Shown here: piece after piece, positions 50,165-63,128 of the stretch | Position numbering within the stretch: the first letter of the stretch is position 1 | Layout of the letters: each line of letters begins with the position of its first letter | Assembly: GCF_006345805.1 (NCBI RefSeq) | Contig: NC_043019.1 | Location: forward strand, 22,319,360-22,383,359 | Length of the DNA stretch: 64,000 bases | Direction of reading: 5' to 3' | Origin: Octopus sinensis | Taxonomy: Eukaryota | Translations under genes and position numbers: made by a program | The notes under the pieces: generated by a model | Seen by the model: the letters and a program-made list of their open reading frames with translations, nothing else | What the model was told of the DNA's origin: nothing | The model's database searches: none

Positions 50165-51406
50165 ACTTTTATTTTTCAAAATTAAGATAAACAAAGTTCT
50201 TCTTTAATCTAAAATATACTCTCCTTAATTTTCTACAACGCATTTCCACCTATCTGGCAGACTTGCAAGGTCCCTCTTCCAAAATTCACTTGTCCATGGC
50301 GAAAAATACACCTCCAAAACTTTTCTGACCTCATCTACAAAATTCATATTTTCCCCGTCCAAATGATTTTGAAGACTGCGGAATAAATGATAATCCGATG
50401 GGGCAATGCCCAACGAATATGACTTGTAGAGCATCGTTTCCCATTCAAACTGCTCCAGCCTTTGGTATATCATCCTCTCTATATGTGACCGAGCACTATC
50501 CTGATGGAAGAACACCTTTCGTCTTGAACTCAAAGATGGTTGTTTTACTTTTAGCGCTGTTTTAAGCCGCTCAAGCTGCTCGCCATAGATCTCATTTGTT
50601 ATCGTTTGGTTTGGGTTTAAAAGTTCAAAGTGGACTCAACATTTCATATCCCACCAAACTGATAACAATACCTTATGTAGGTGAAAACCTTCTTTAGCCT
50701 GGGGTGCCGGTGTTTCTCCTTTCCCTACCCACTCTTCGGCGCTTGATATTTTTATAGAGAACCCATTTCTCGTCACCAGTCACTATTCAGTCGAAAAAGG
50801 TTCATTTGAGAGATGTGACAGCAAAGAAGAGCACACATTCACTCTCTGCGCGCGATTAGACTCGGAAAGTTTGTGAAGAACCCATTGACCCAATTTGCTC
50901 ACTTTACCGATGGCACGCAGGTGTCGATGAATGGTTGAATGACCAAATCCAAGCTTCTCCGCTAGTTCCTCAACAGTTACGATGAGATTTCGTTCCACCA
51001 AGGTTTGCAGGACATCCTCATCGAGCTCTACAGATCTTCCAGGACGAGGGTCGTCTGCTAGGCTGTAGTTTCCGGCTTGGAATTTCTGGAACCACCGTCG
51101 ACACTGGCTTATGCTTATTGTTCGACCCCCATATACTGTATTAATATTCTTCGCACTTTCCGTTGTGTTGTTTCCTTTATTGAACTCATAAAGCATAATG
51201 TGCTGAATATGCTCCTTTGTCACTTCCATTATAGTTTTGAAAAATAAGTTAAAATAAAACTACACTCTTCAAAACTTGCACTAAGAATAAAGACAATGTA
51301 AAATTACTACCAGCCTTTATAGCAAGTTAATGCAGGTAGTTTATCCCATCTCCCTCCGAGTTTTGGTTCATGCAATTGAAAAAACCGCATTATTTATGGG
51401 ATAACC

Positions 51407-51411
<5 letters not shown>
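50165..51411 (-). mobile_element. Decayed mariner (DD34D) transposon
   Basis: ORFs 50783-51229 (HTH; WVLHKL from WVPHEL) and 50225-50533 (FHQDSARSH, IAPSDYHLF); TGDEKWV between them after a frameshift. One TIR at about 51376-51411; the other is not seen. Confidence 0.93.
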
Positions 51412-51443
<32 letters not shown>

Positions 51444-51561
51444 GATAAAGTCACGAAATTGTTATGACTTTTGACCGATAACTGATGAGGGATGAGCCTG
51501 TCCAGATCTTGTATGTAATTTTCCCGTGGGTTTCTTCGTCAATCTTCTGTGCGCTTTTCTA

Positions 51562-51660
<99 letters not shown>

Positions 51661-51975
51661 TATATATATATACACACACACACATATATATATATATATA
51701 AACAAACACATATATATATATGTGTATGTGTGTATGTATGTATGTATATATATATGTATATGTGTGTGTGTATAGATAGATAGATAGATACACACATACA
51801 TGTATACAAATGCACATATATACATACACACTCACGCACACGTACACATACATGTACAGACATGCACACACATATACACATGCACATATACACGTACACA
51901 CACAGTCATGTTCATGTGCCTGTGCGTGCACACACACATAACCGTTTAATGTATCTTCTTCTCGTCTTTCATTAG

Positions 51976-52099
51976 GTCACCTACTACGCAATACACAGTT
52001 TCTTCGATTTCGACCAAGCCCCGATTCCTATGGATGTTTTTGACATAAAAGACTGTTATGAAATAACCAATGACTTTATGTTTCAGATTGTGTTTGAAG
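51976..52099 (+). CDS. Host gene exon (0/1): VTYYAIHSFFDFDQAPIPMDVFDIKDCYEITNDFMFQIVFE-G; last exon found in the window
   Basis: ttcttctcgtctttcattag acceptor, GTAAGA donor. Homologous to exon 22836-22950. Confidence 0.88.
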
Positions 52100-52182
52100 G
52101 TAAGAAGCTACATAACCGACAATAATTCGCTAACACACTACGCGGGTTTAGAGTTTTTCCTAACTAGTTTCAACCAAGTTAA

Positions 52183-52540
52183 TCTATATATATAAAGCTG
52201 AAGTTGTCTGTGTGTGGCAGGTTTGGTAGCCTTCATCTAACACTATCTCCCCGAGACCCTGCGGCGCAAGTTGACCAAAATTGAGAGTATGATAGAAGAA
52301 GGCTTGATCTTCATTCCGTAGAAGATAAAATTCAAATAGGATCATGTTAAGACCAAAAATTATTTACATCGAAAAGGTGCTTTTTATTTTCTATGAAAAT
52401 CCCTATTTTTTACACAAATTTCACAACTTGCGGAGTAATCACTGTAATGTCATTAAGCACTCTGTCTCATGGAGGTCACAACTAGCTCTCACCGCGCACG
52501 CAACCGTGTGCTGTCATCTGTTGGCGCGCTATAGAACTAG
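52183..52540 (+). mobile_element. Non-autonomous Helitron (related 5' end)
   Basis: A^TCTATATATATAAAGCTGAAGTTG ... gcacgcaaccgtgtgc hairpin ... CTAG^T. Confidence 0.75.
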
Positions 52541-52559
52541 TTCAGAACTTTTTGATGCC

Positions 52560-52790
52560 TATTTCTTTACTACCCACAAGGGGCTAAACACAGAGAGGAC
52601 AAACAAGGACAGACAAAGGGATTAAGTCGATTATATCGACCCCAGTGCGTAACTGGTACTTAATTAATCGACCCCGAAATGATGAAAGGCAAAGTCGACC
52701 TCGGCAGAATTTGAACTCAGAACGTAACGGCAGATGAAATACGGCTACGCATTTCGCCCGGCGTGCTAACGTTTCTGCCAGCTCGTCACT
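52560..52790 (-). mobile_element. SINE family B
   Basis: Sequence match; further fragments at 52953-53410. Confidence 0.88.
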
Positions 52791-52852
52791 CTCTTGATGA
52801 TACCATCTCGTAAATATATATATATGTGTGTGCGTGTGTGTGTGTGAGTGTT

Positions 52853-52952
52853 NNNNNNNNNNNNNNNNNNNNNNNNNNNNNNNNNNNNNNNNNNNNNNNN
52901 NNNNNNNNNNNNNNNNNNNNNNNNNNNNNNNNNNNNNNNNNNNNNNNNNNNN
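52853..52952. other. Assembly gap (100 N)
   Basis: Directly visible. Confidence 1.
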
Positions 52953-53512
52953 CGTCGACCTCGGCGGAATTTGAACCCAGAACGTAATGGCGGACGAAAT
53001 ACCGCTAGGCATTTTGCCCGGCGTGCTAACATTTCTGCCAGCTCGTTGCCTTAACTGGCACTCATTCTATCGACCCCAAAAGGATAAAAGGTAAAATAAA
53101 CCTCGGTGAAATTTGAACCCAAGACGAAATGCCGCAAAACATTTTGTCCGGCGTGCTGACGATTCTACTAGCTCACCACCTTAGACATACATAATATTGG
53201 CTTCAAATTTTGACAGAAGGCTAGCAATTTCAAGAAAGGGGTAAGTCGATTACATCGACCCCAGTATTCAACTGTTACTTATTTTATCGACCCCCGAAGG
53301 GATTAAAGGCAAAGTCAACCTCGGCGAAACTTGAACTCAGAACATAGAGACGGACGAAATGCCGCTAAACATCTTGCCCGGCATGCTAACGATTCTGTCA
53401 GCTCGTCGCCTTAAAATGCAAAGTAGAGAAGGAAAGAACTGTAAGAAAAAGCGACTGGGACTCCACCTTGGTGGACAGAAGATCCACAAAAACAAGCAGA
53501 AACCCAAGAAGA

Positions 53513-53921
53513 ATGGCTGTGTGGTAAGTAGCTTGCTAACCAACCACATGGTTCCGGGTTCAGTCCCACTGCGTGGCATCTTGGGCAAGTGTCTTCTGCT
53601 ATAGCCCCGGGCCGACCAATGCCTTGTGAGTGGATTTGGTAGACGGAAACTGAAAGAAGCCTGTCGTATATATGTATATATATATGTATGTGTGTGTGTA
53701 TGTTTGTGTGTCTGTGTTTGTCCCTCTAGCATTGCTTGACAACCGATGCTGGTGTGTTCATGTCCCCGTCACTTAGCGGTTCGGCAAAAGAGACCGATGG
53801 AATAAGTACTGGGCTTACAAAGAATAAGTCCCGGGGTCGATTTGCTCGACTAAAGGCGGTGCTCCAGCACGGCCGCAATCAAATGACTGGAACAAGTAAA
53901 AGAGTAAAGAGTAAAGAGTAA
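53513..53921 (+). mobile_element. SINE family A
   Basis: Sequence match to the family. Confidence 0.9.
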
Positions 53922-53968
53922 TGAGATTGGTATAGCTTGTATGTATCAGACACAATACACACACGTGC

Positions 53969-54016
<48 letters not shown>

Positions 54017-54343
54017 GTCACAACAGATAGTCAGTAGGTCTGAGACATTCACGGAAGTGACTTCTTGTTTAAAGAATGATAAAATCTGTAGCGGTGATAA
54101 TTGCCTCTTCCATCTCACATTCTTCTCACTCCACCCCTCTACCTACAGCTGCTTTTTACTCTTTTGGCAAAGCGCCTGAAGGAAACAAGCATAAGCGCAA
54201 ACGTTATTCAGAACAACAGGCGTCTTTCCCAATTTAACAATCATTGCAAGTGGAGAGTGAAAGGTGCTTGCGTCCACACGTCCGCCATCTTGTGAGTGAG
54301 TGCAGCATACAAACACACACACACACGCACACACACGCGCACG

Positions 54344-54390
<47 letters not shown>

Positions 54391-54398
54391 CACCACAC

Positions 54399-54445
<47 letters not shown>

Positions 54446-54544
54446 ATATATATATATTTTTATTGTATATATATATACATATATATACATATACATATAT
54501 ACATATATATATATATACATTTTTAACATATATATATAATATAC

Positions 54545-54618
<74 letters not shown>

Positions 54619-54624
54619 CATATA

Positions 54625-56010
54625 CATTCTCCTATTTATCATAGTCCTCCAGGCAATAACGGAGGAATTCAAGACAGGCTGCCCCTGGCTCCTCTATGCT
54701 GATGACCTTGCCCTAATTGCTGAGTCACTATCAGAACTGGAGGAGAAGTTTCAGGTGTGGAAGCAAGGATTAGAATCGAAGGGCCTAAGAGTCAACCTAG
54801 CTAAAACCAAAGTTCTAATAAGTAGGAAGGTAGACAAATCACAAACACCCTCAGGTAGATGGCCCTGCTCGATATGTAGAAAAGGCGCAGGTAGAAACTC
54901 TATAAAATGCACCAAGTGTAAGCTATGGACACATAAGAGGTGCAGCAATGTCAAAGGAAGGCTAACTAGGAAAATAGTTTTTGTATGTGGCAGATGCTCG
55001 GGAGTAATAAACACTGAAAATACGCAGAGACCATCTTCCGCCACATTCCAGGGAGAAAAACTAGAAGTAGTTGATAGCTTCCGTTACCTAGGTGACCAAG
55101 TCAGCAGCGGGGGTGGGTGCGCTGAAAGTGTAACTGCTAGAGTAAGAATAGCCTGGGCATAGTTCAAAGAGCTCTTACCTCTGCTGGTGACAAAAGGCCT
55201 CTCGCTGAGAGTAAAAGGCAGATTGTATGACGCATGTGTACGAACAGCTATGCTATATGGCAGTGAAACATGGGCCGTGACTGCTGAGGATATGCGTAAG
55301 CTTGCAAGAAATGAAGCCAGTATGCTCCGATGGATGTGTAATGTCAGTGTTCATACTTGACAGAGTGTAAGTTCTTTGAGAGAAAAGTTAGACCTAAGAA
55401 GCATCAGTTGTGGTGTGCAAGAGAGCCGTTTGCGCTGGTATGGTCATGTGGCGAGAATGGATGAAGATAGTTGTGTGAAAAAGTGCCACACCCTAGCGGT
55501 TGAGCGAACCTGTGGAAGAGGTAGACCCAGGAAAACCTGGGACGAGGTGGTGAAGCACGACCTTCAAACTTTAGGTCTCACCAAGGAAATGACTAGAGAC
55601 CGAAACCTATGGAAGCATGCTATGCGTAGAGGAACCGGCAGGACTGAGGCCATAATCCCGTGGCCTACACTGGGATGTAGCCAGCCCCCCTATGCATTCC
55701 TTTCCTTCTTGGGACACAAACCTCCACTTTTGAAGACCTGTTGAGGCAAGTGAAGATCAAGATCAAAATCAAAATCGTAATCTATCAACATCAATGGAAT
55801 TTGTAGCTGTGATACCAGTGCCGGTGGCACGTAAAAAGCACCCACTACACTCACGGAGTGGTTGGCGTTAGGAAGGGCATCCAGCTGTAGAAACACTGCC
55901 TGATCAGACTGGGCCTGGTGCGGCCTTCTCGCTTCCCAGACCCTAGTTGAACCGTTCAACCCATGCCAGCATGGAAAGCGGACGTTAAATGATGATGATG
56001 ATGATGATGA
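54625..56010 (+). mobile_element. RTE-clade LINE, 5'-truncated: RT YADD region, PHD-like Cys cluster, 3' UTR, (GAT)n tail
   Basis: LLYADDLALIAES..., FRYLG, YGSETW, RLRWYGHV, GRGRPRKTW; two in-frame nonsense codons (TAG 55160-55162 and a later TGA). Confidence 0.92.
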
Positions 56011-56032
56011 TATATATACATACATACATACA

Positions 56033-56084
<52 letters not shown>

Positions 56085-56089
56085 CACAA

Positions 56090-56134
<45 letters not shown>

Positions 56135-56157
56135 TATAAATATATACACATGAAACA

Positions 56158-56430
56158 GGAAAATGGAACTTTTTTTGTACTATCTATTTTCCATTACACG
56201 TGTTTCATTTTCCAACAGGAATCACAAGGATTTACATGTTATATAGAGACATAAGGAATTTCCCAGAGAAAAAAATTGGTAAAAAACGTTTCTGTCTGAC
56301 GATTTCTGTTATAGGAAATTCCTTACATGTCTGTGTAACACATGTAAATCTTTGCGATTCCTATTGGAAAACGAAACATGAGTAATGGCGAATGAATAGA
56401 ACCAGAAAATTTCCATTTTCCCGCTTTGTT
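56158..56430. mobile_element. Old MITE with diverged long TIRs
   Basis: ttttccaacaggaatcacaaggatttacatg..aaggaatttcc versus ggaaattcctta..catgtaaatctttgcgattcctattggaaaa. Confidence 0.6.
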
Positions 56431-56667
56431 TATTCAACAACTCTGGAAATAAATATTTCCATAATCGTCGATTTTATTGTGACTTTGATTTACATACAAC
56501 AGTAATAATGAATACATATTGATTGTGATAATAGAATAAGCAGATGTGCTTCAAAAGGAAACAGCTGGTAATTACCTAAACTACACACACACACACACAC
56601 AACACACACACACACACACACACACGCACGCACACATACACACGCATATTTGTTATATATATATTCA

Positions 56668-57063
56668 CTCTCTCTTTTACTCTTTTACTTGTTTCAGTCA
56701 TTTGACTGTGGCCATCTGGAGCACCACCTTATTCGAGCAAATCGACCCCGGGACTTATTCTTTGTAAGCCCAGTACTTATTCTATCGGTCTCTTTTGCCG
56801 AACCGCTCAGTGACGGGGACGTAAACCACACCAGCATCGGTTGTCAAGCAATGCTAGGGGGACAAACACGACACACAAACACACACATACATATATATAC
56901 ATATATACGACAGGCTTCTTTCAGTTTCTGTCAACCAAATCCACTCACAAGGCTTTGGTCGGCCCGAGGCTACAGCAGAAAACACTTGCCCAAGATGCCA
57001 CGCAGTGGGACTGAACCCGGAACCATGTGGTTGGTTAGCAAGCTACTTACCCACAGCCACTCC
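56668..57063 (-). mobile_element. SINE family A
   Basis: Sequence match to the family. Confidence 0.9.
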
Positions 57064-57100
57064 TATATATATATGTATATATATATATATATGTAATATA

Positions 57101-57183
<83 letters not shown>

Positions 57184-57189
<6 letters not shown>

Positions 57190-58330
57190 TGACAATAAAG
57201 GGTGAAATTAATTAATTTGGAATAATTATCAATTACACCAAGTAGATTTCGGCATGTAAAAGCCTCATTTGAGGAAAATTTAAGTATACTAAGCAATTAA
57301 GGGTTTAGCAACGATTGCCTCACCACACCAAACACCGAATTTAGAAATAGCAGTCAAAGAATATAGCTATTCCTTCTACTAAATGGAGATCTCATTAAAA
57401 CACAGCACTTGAAAGGCAAACACAGACAGGTAAGAAAGAATGAAATGACGGCAATCTATCATACATTTTAAGTTACCTACGGACGTACGTTTCGAAATCA
57501 AGTTTTAGGAAAGCATAAGAATTAGAAAATTCTACCTTACCCAAACTTCTTTTCTCATCGGCGTAGGATACTACAATTATGAATAATTGTATATTAAATT
57601 TTGAGATACTAGAAGGCATTTTCTCAACTCAGTGTCAGAGCGAGTCAAAGCATTACCAGTACCACGAAATTCAAAGTGTGAATGAAAGTTTGTGTCACCA
57701 GCCCCCTTCCATCCGCGTGTAGCCAAGACAAGATGCTGTGGTCATTTACTGGGATAAAATATGGTTATCAGTAACAATAAAGGGTGAAATTAATTAATTT
57801 GGAATAATTATCAATTACACCAAGTAGATTTCGGCATGTAAAAGCCTCATTTGAGGAAAATTTAAGTAATACTAAGCAATTAAGGGTTTAGCAACGAATT
57901 GCCTCGGGGGCTGGTGACACAAACTTTCATTCACACTTTGAATTTCGTGGTACTGGTAATGCTTTGACTCGCTCTGACACTGAGTTGAGAAAATGCCTTC
58001 TAGTATCTCAAAATTTAATATACAATTATTCATAATTGTAGTATCCTACGCCGATGAGAAAAGAAGTTTGGGTAAGGTAGAATTTTCTAATTCTTATGCT
58101 TTCCTAAAACTTGATTTCGAAACGTATGTCCGTAGGTAACTTAAAATTGTATGATAGATTGCCGTCATTTCATTCTTTCTTACCTGTCTGTGTTTGCCTT
58201 CAAGTGCTGTGTTTTTACTGAGATCTCCCTTTTAGTAGAAGGAATAGCTATATTTCTTTGACTGCTATTTCTAAATTCGGTGTGTTGGTGAGGCAATTCG
58301 TTGCTAAACCCTTAATTGCTTAGTATTACT

Positions 58331-58332
<2 letters not shown>
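57184..58332. mobile_element. Composite direct + inverted repeat (Penelope-like pLTR-type structure), about 425-bp arms
   Basis: Inverted arms 57281-57706 and 57906-58332; direct repeat 57184-57321 and 57766-57905. The PLE assignment is inference. Confidence 0.7.
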
Positions 58333-58395
<63 letters not shown>

Positions 58396-59189
58396 CAATA
58401 ATAAATCTCTGAGCGAGGTATAAACAGTAGCTGCACGACAATGTGAAGTATATTTGCCACTTAAATGTGGCTAACCACTAAGGTTGGATGCTACTGTAGC
58501 TTGTAGCCCCAGGAGGACATCTCCTCCAGCTGGCTATTGACACACATTCTTTGCCCTATCAGTATTTGCAAAAGGAAGCCATCCTTCCCATCGTCGACCT
58601 GACGTGATACGCACGGACCCAAGTTTCTGAGTATTTACCCGTCGTCAGCGCACGACAATCACCGGTCTTCGATGCGAAGGGGTCCCAATGCAAACTCATA
58701 TATCCTTTTCCCAGTGACGAAAAGTCACTGATCTCACTTGCATGCATACATGACCAATAACAACGAGTATGTATATATATATCTGTGTGCGTATGTGTGT
58801 GTGTGTGAATTGGTTGCGTGAGCGCATTCAGTGAAGATATGTTGAACGTTTGGGGAAATTTTGCTTATGATTGAGAAAGGAGAAAGTTAATTAGAAGAAT
58901 ATAGATACAAACCACCAACAGAATTGTCAAAATATGGAAAACTTTCATAACAATATGTATGAGTATACACACGTGAAACAAAACATACATATCTGTACAT
59001 GCAATGACTGCAAATATTGCACACGGACACACCTACATGCACATATACCCTGCTGATGTTCTTTGATAATTCCAATGAAGAAGCCTTGGATCTAGGTTAG
59101 AAACCGGCTTTTTCTCTATTGGTAAGAAATCTAGAAATAAAACTAAATTGTAATATACATACTATTTTTATTGTTTGTTCCACTAATCC

Positions 59190-59223
<34 letters not shown>

Positions 59224-59589
59224 TGTATGTATGTATGTAGAAGTTGACACAAGTTTGCGTTACTAAAAGTTTCAGAGACACAAAGTGCTTGTCTGGCCAG
59301 TCAGACTCTTAAATACTTAGTGACGACGTAGTAACAGCTTCTAAATGAAGATAATTGTTATTAGATGATAAATTAGGCTTATTCAGTTCACATAGTGGAG
59401 AGCAACTCGGCGGCTGCTAGGCCTTATCGTGACCAGTGGCTATGTGTCGAATGTAAATCAACTCGTCGCAATAGATGTGAGTATTGTGAAATTTAAAACT
59501 TCCGTCAAATCTATGGAATAGTGCTAACTAACGATATTTTAAAATAATCTACAAGAGAACTCCTTTGTGGACAGCAATATGATAGGTCA

Positions 59590-59850
59590 GTTTTTTTTGT
59601 TTTTTTGGGGGGGAAATGGGGTGCAACGAGCTATTCCAATATGTACAATTCTTCACAAAGACAAGGATTGTATTTGTTTTCTCCGGATGAATAAGAAAGG
59701 CTTTGTCGAGAATATTTCATGTCATGCTGCACCAAACATTCATCTGGTCCTGAGGTCTTCATATGAAATGGGAAAAGCAATTAGACATTTCTCTTTCTCG
59801 GCTCCCGAAGGAGTTCAAAGGCCGAACCAAAACATTCCAGACGGATGAGA
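59590..59850 (-). pseudogene. Possible decayed Tc1/mariner-family transposase fragment
   Basis: Minus frame ..QDQMNVWCSMT*NILDKAFLIHPEKTNT.. resembles the NVWC...GPFF..TxT segment of IS630/Tc1-like transposases. Confidence 0.4.
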
Positions 59851-60394
59851 TAAGAAGCAAAATTTTTGTTATTATATATGAAAGACATATGTAGCTTTAA
59901 ATCGTCCAAATACATTTGATTCGGACCAATTTATGTTGAAATACGCAACTCGTTTACTAAAGTGCAAATGATCGCCAATTAATTGTTTTTATGAATAAGC
60001 AACACCAACAATTTTCATTACAGGCACATACAATGCATAAACACCACAGAACTATAACTATGATTAATCCATTTATGTAACCTCTCATTGTTCCCAATTA
60101 TATATTATTATCTTCTCGCAGATTTTTATTCTTTGTTTTTGTTTGTTTTTTCTTGAGTACCATTCTTCCTTTCCTTATAGTCGTCCCTTCAAGATATTTA
60201 ATTAGATTTATGCTAACCCATCTATCACCATAAATTACTCTTAAATAAATTTACATCCTATATAATTAACCAGATTATTGAAATTATATCATTTTCCTCT
60301 CATAATTATAACTTTGCCCTTATTTACACTTTGAACTGACCGATTCGCTTTACTCGTTCTGTCATTATCTTATTCTGTTATAGTTTCAAAGAGT

Positions 60395-60677
60395 AATAAG
60401 AAGCTTGCTTCCCAACTACATGGTTCCGGGTTCAGTACCACTGCGTGGCACTTTGGACAAGTGTCTTCCACTGTAGCCTGGGGCTAACCAAAGCCTTATG
60501 AGTGGATTTGGAAGACGGAAACTGAAAGAAGGCCATCTTATATACATCTGCGTGTGTGTGTGTGTGTGTATGTGTTTGTCCCAGCAATCGCTTGAGAACC
60601 GGTGTTGGTGTGTCATCGTTCCCGTAATTTAGCAATTCGGCAAAAGGGAGCGATAGAATAACTACCAGGCTTTACAA

Positions 60678-60754
<77 letters not shown>

Positions 60755-60846
60755 GTACCAGGATTGATTTGTTCGACTGAAATTATTCAAGGCGATGCCC
60801 CAGCATGGCCGCCGTCTAAGGGCTCAAACAAGTAAACGATGAAAGA
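60395..60846 (+). mobile_element. SINE family A (diverged, with internal (AAT)n expansion)
   Basis: Diverged match to the family. Confidence 0.8.
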
Positions 60847-61304
60847 TAAAAGATCTGTTTTAACTATAATTACATTTTGAATTTCCCCTATATGTTTCTA
60901 ATGTTATGCCACCTGGGAATCGAACTCTGGCGCGGGAGTTTCAGAGTTTTGAAGAGTGAGGAACCACTTCTTAGGTATGCTCTGTCCGGAATAATAGTAA
61001 TTTTTTAGGGTCCCCGCTACGGCTTGAATTGCATGAAACCATCCTAGCCAGTGTATGTTGAAATTATGGGAAGCAGCATGGTGGATGGGAACTATTTCGG
61101 CAGGTAAACTTATTGAGTCAATGGAGAATATAGCCTGATGCTATAAGGATGAACAGGATCAGCAAGTTCAGTTAGCAAAATACTGCTATCATCCGATGTC
61201 TTGGTGTGCAGAGGTAGATATTTCAGCTAGATCACTAAAAGCCAGGTCAATATGCATTCTATACTTTTTGAGAGAAAAATGATAAATTCTATTTTAATTT
61301 TTTA

Positions 61305-61391
61305 TTCACCTGAAGAAAATGGCTTTTTTTTTTTTACATGATGCAATGGATTTGTTCATCAATAAAACACGCCTGAAACAGCTGTAGTGAA
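61305..61391 (+). ncRNA. Hammerhead ribozyme motif with long helix II insert
   Basis: TTCAC CTGAAGA [58 nt] GAAAC-agct-GTA GTGAA. Helix I is 5 bp perfect; helix II base pairing is weak. Confidence 0.6.
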
Positions 61392-61599
61392 CCTCAGTCC
61401 ATTTGTGTTAGTATTTATACTACATCGCTCGATTGGGTCGTCTAGCGTGGAAGAGTTACATTGATCCAGGTGACTCGCCCAACCTGGATGGATGGATGGA
61501 GGGGGGAGGGAAGGATGGATTGTTATGCTACGAGTTTCAAATATATTGAAGGAAATTTTTGAGCAAAAACATAAAGCATCAAGAGGACTACCTCCTCCA

Positions 61600-61765
61600 T
61601 GATACGATTGAGGCTCACAGTTGTTCCGATTTAACAACGTAGCCCTGAGACCAGATTTTGTTCCCTTCATGAATCCTTCCTGTTCAGCTGCCAGCAGTTC
61701 ATTTCTTTCAAGGTGATCATACAACTTCTTTCCATTTATTTCAGTTAGAAGCTTCCATATCATGG
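61600..61765 (-). mobile_element. Short R4/Dong-like RT fragment
   Basis: IWKLLTEINGKKLYDHLERNELLAAEQEGFMKG resembles the RT domain 1-2 of RLE LINEs. Confidence 0.5.
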
Positions 61766-62492
61766 CTAAACAAGCAATAAAATTACGATAAAATTACGAG
61801 GCAGTCGTTGCTGTTTTGCTTTATTCGAGCTATTTTATGGATCACCCAGAAATCTCAAGTAACAGCAATTTGAACGTTTTGCTTACGACTACGACTGTGA
61901 ACGTGTTCAAACAATGCTCTGTGTAAGAGACGGATTACCGTGCTTGTACTTAATGACAAAATATCTGTCTTGGGATTATTACGCTTTGGGGTATGTACAT
62001 TCTTTATCTTGGTGAAGGAAAAATAAAGTTTTTCGATATTTTCATTTCATTTTGAAAATATTCCGTCATGTAACACGTCTTCTTAGTCAGACGAATGCTT
62101 CTGAAAGTTTTGAACATTTTTAAACACGAGCATTAATTTCAAATGAATAGATTTAACAATGAGAGAAAGAAATGTCCCACCACCACCTCGACTAGACGAG
62201 CAACATTTTTAGTGCACAGAGAAAAATGGAAATTTCACAAAAGGCAACCAGCAACGAAAAGTATAACAAAGGCAGTAAATCTTTTGCCAATGTCGACTGC
62301 CAAAAAGGTAATTCTGAATATAGGTCAGCTCTCAGTGAAAAATATATATGCCACTTGTACGTAACGAAACTTTCTGTATTCCTGCTTCGTAATTTTATCG
62401 AAAATGACGTACTCAGTCGGCCCTGAAAGGAACAAATGTAAAATGTTCTGGCTCCTATTGCTATACCACTTCCCATTTGGGGATCTTTACCT

Positions 62493-63128
62493 TTTGACCT
62501 ACAGATTTAAAAAATAATTTTTTTGTAACTAAACACTTTCAAACTTCGGACACTGGTAGAATGTGTCATATAAAACATGTTTTACTCTTAGCATTTTTGA
62601 GAAAAACTTATATTTATGAAGATATTTCAACTTAAAGTTCTCGTATTTCGGTAAATTCAACCAATCAATGACGTGTATTCAGCTGAATAAAATTACTGCT
62701 GTTGTTTGTCAACAAGAATTTCCGGCGGAGTATATTTCGTTTGTCACTGCTATTTATGACAACCCTAACCCTAAAACCCTAACCCTAATCCTAAAACCCT
62801 AACCCTAACCCTAAAATCCTAAGCTTAAAACCTTAAATCCAGTACAAACGCACGAACGGCGTCATAATTAACAGTGACAAACGAAAAATACACCGCCGAT
62901 AGTTGTTGTTGACAAACAACGGCATTAATTTTATTCAGCTGAATACACGTCATTGATTGGGTGACATTACCGAAATACGAGAACTTTAAGGTGAAATATC
63001 TTCATAATTATATAAGTTTTTCTCAAAAATGCTAAGAGTAAAACATGTTTTATATGACACATTCTACCAGTGTCCGAAGTTTGAAAGTGTTTAGTTACAA
63101 AAATTATTTTTTAAATCTGTAGGTCAAA
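62493..63128. mobile_element. MITE with about 265-bp TIRs and a central (AACCCT)n-like tract
   Basis: 62493-62760 is the reverse complement of about 62860-63128; telomere-like tract at 62761-62835. Superfamily unresolved. Confidence 0.85.

Noticed and set aside
58045-58135. Exon-like AG...GTAACT segment (VSYADEKRSLGKVEF...) in the right arm of the fold-back
   Set aside because: Phase-compatible with exon 52099, but it shows no similarity to the expected SEA-like exon and lies in a duplicated arm. It cannot be supported without RNA data.
59060-59135. Hammerhead-like caatgaagaagcc...gaaaccggc
   Set aside because: Core too degenerate (no CUGA, no NUH), and a simpler hairpin explains the pairing.
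60995-61060. ttttttag-GGTCCCCGCTACGG (SPLRL) as the next host exon
   Set aside because: A stop follows within about 17 codons and the context does not match GQYIPSL...VNPFRV.
62761-62835. Telomere
   Set aside because: Short, degenerate and enclosed by MITE TIRs, so it is interstitial.
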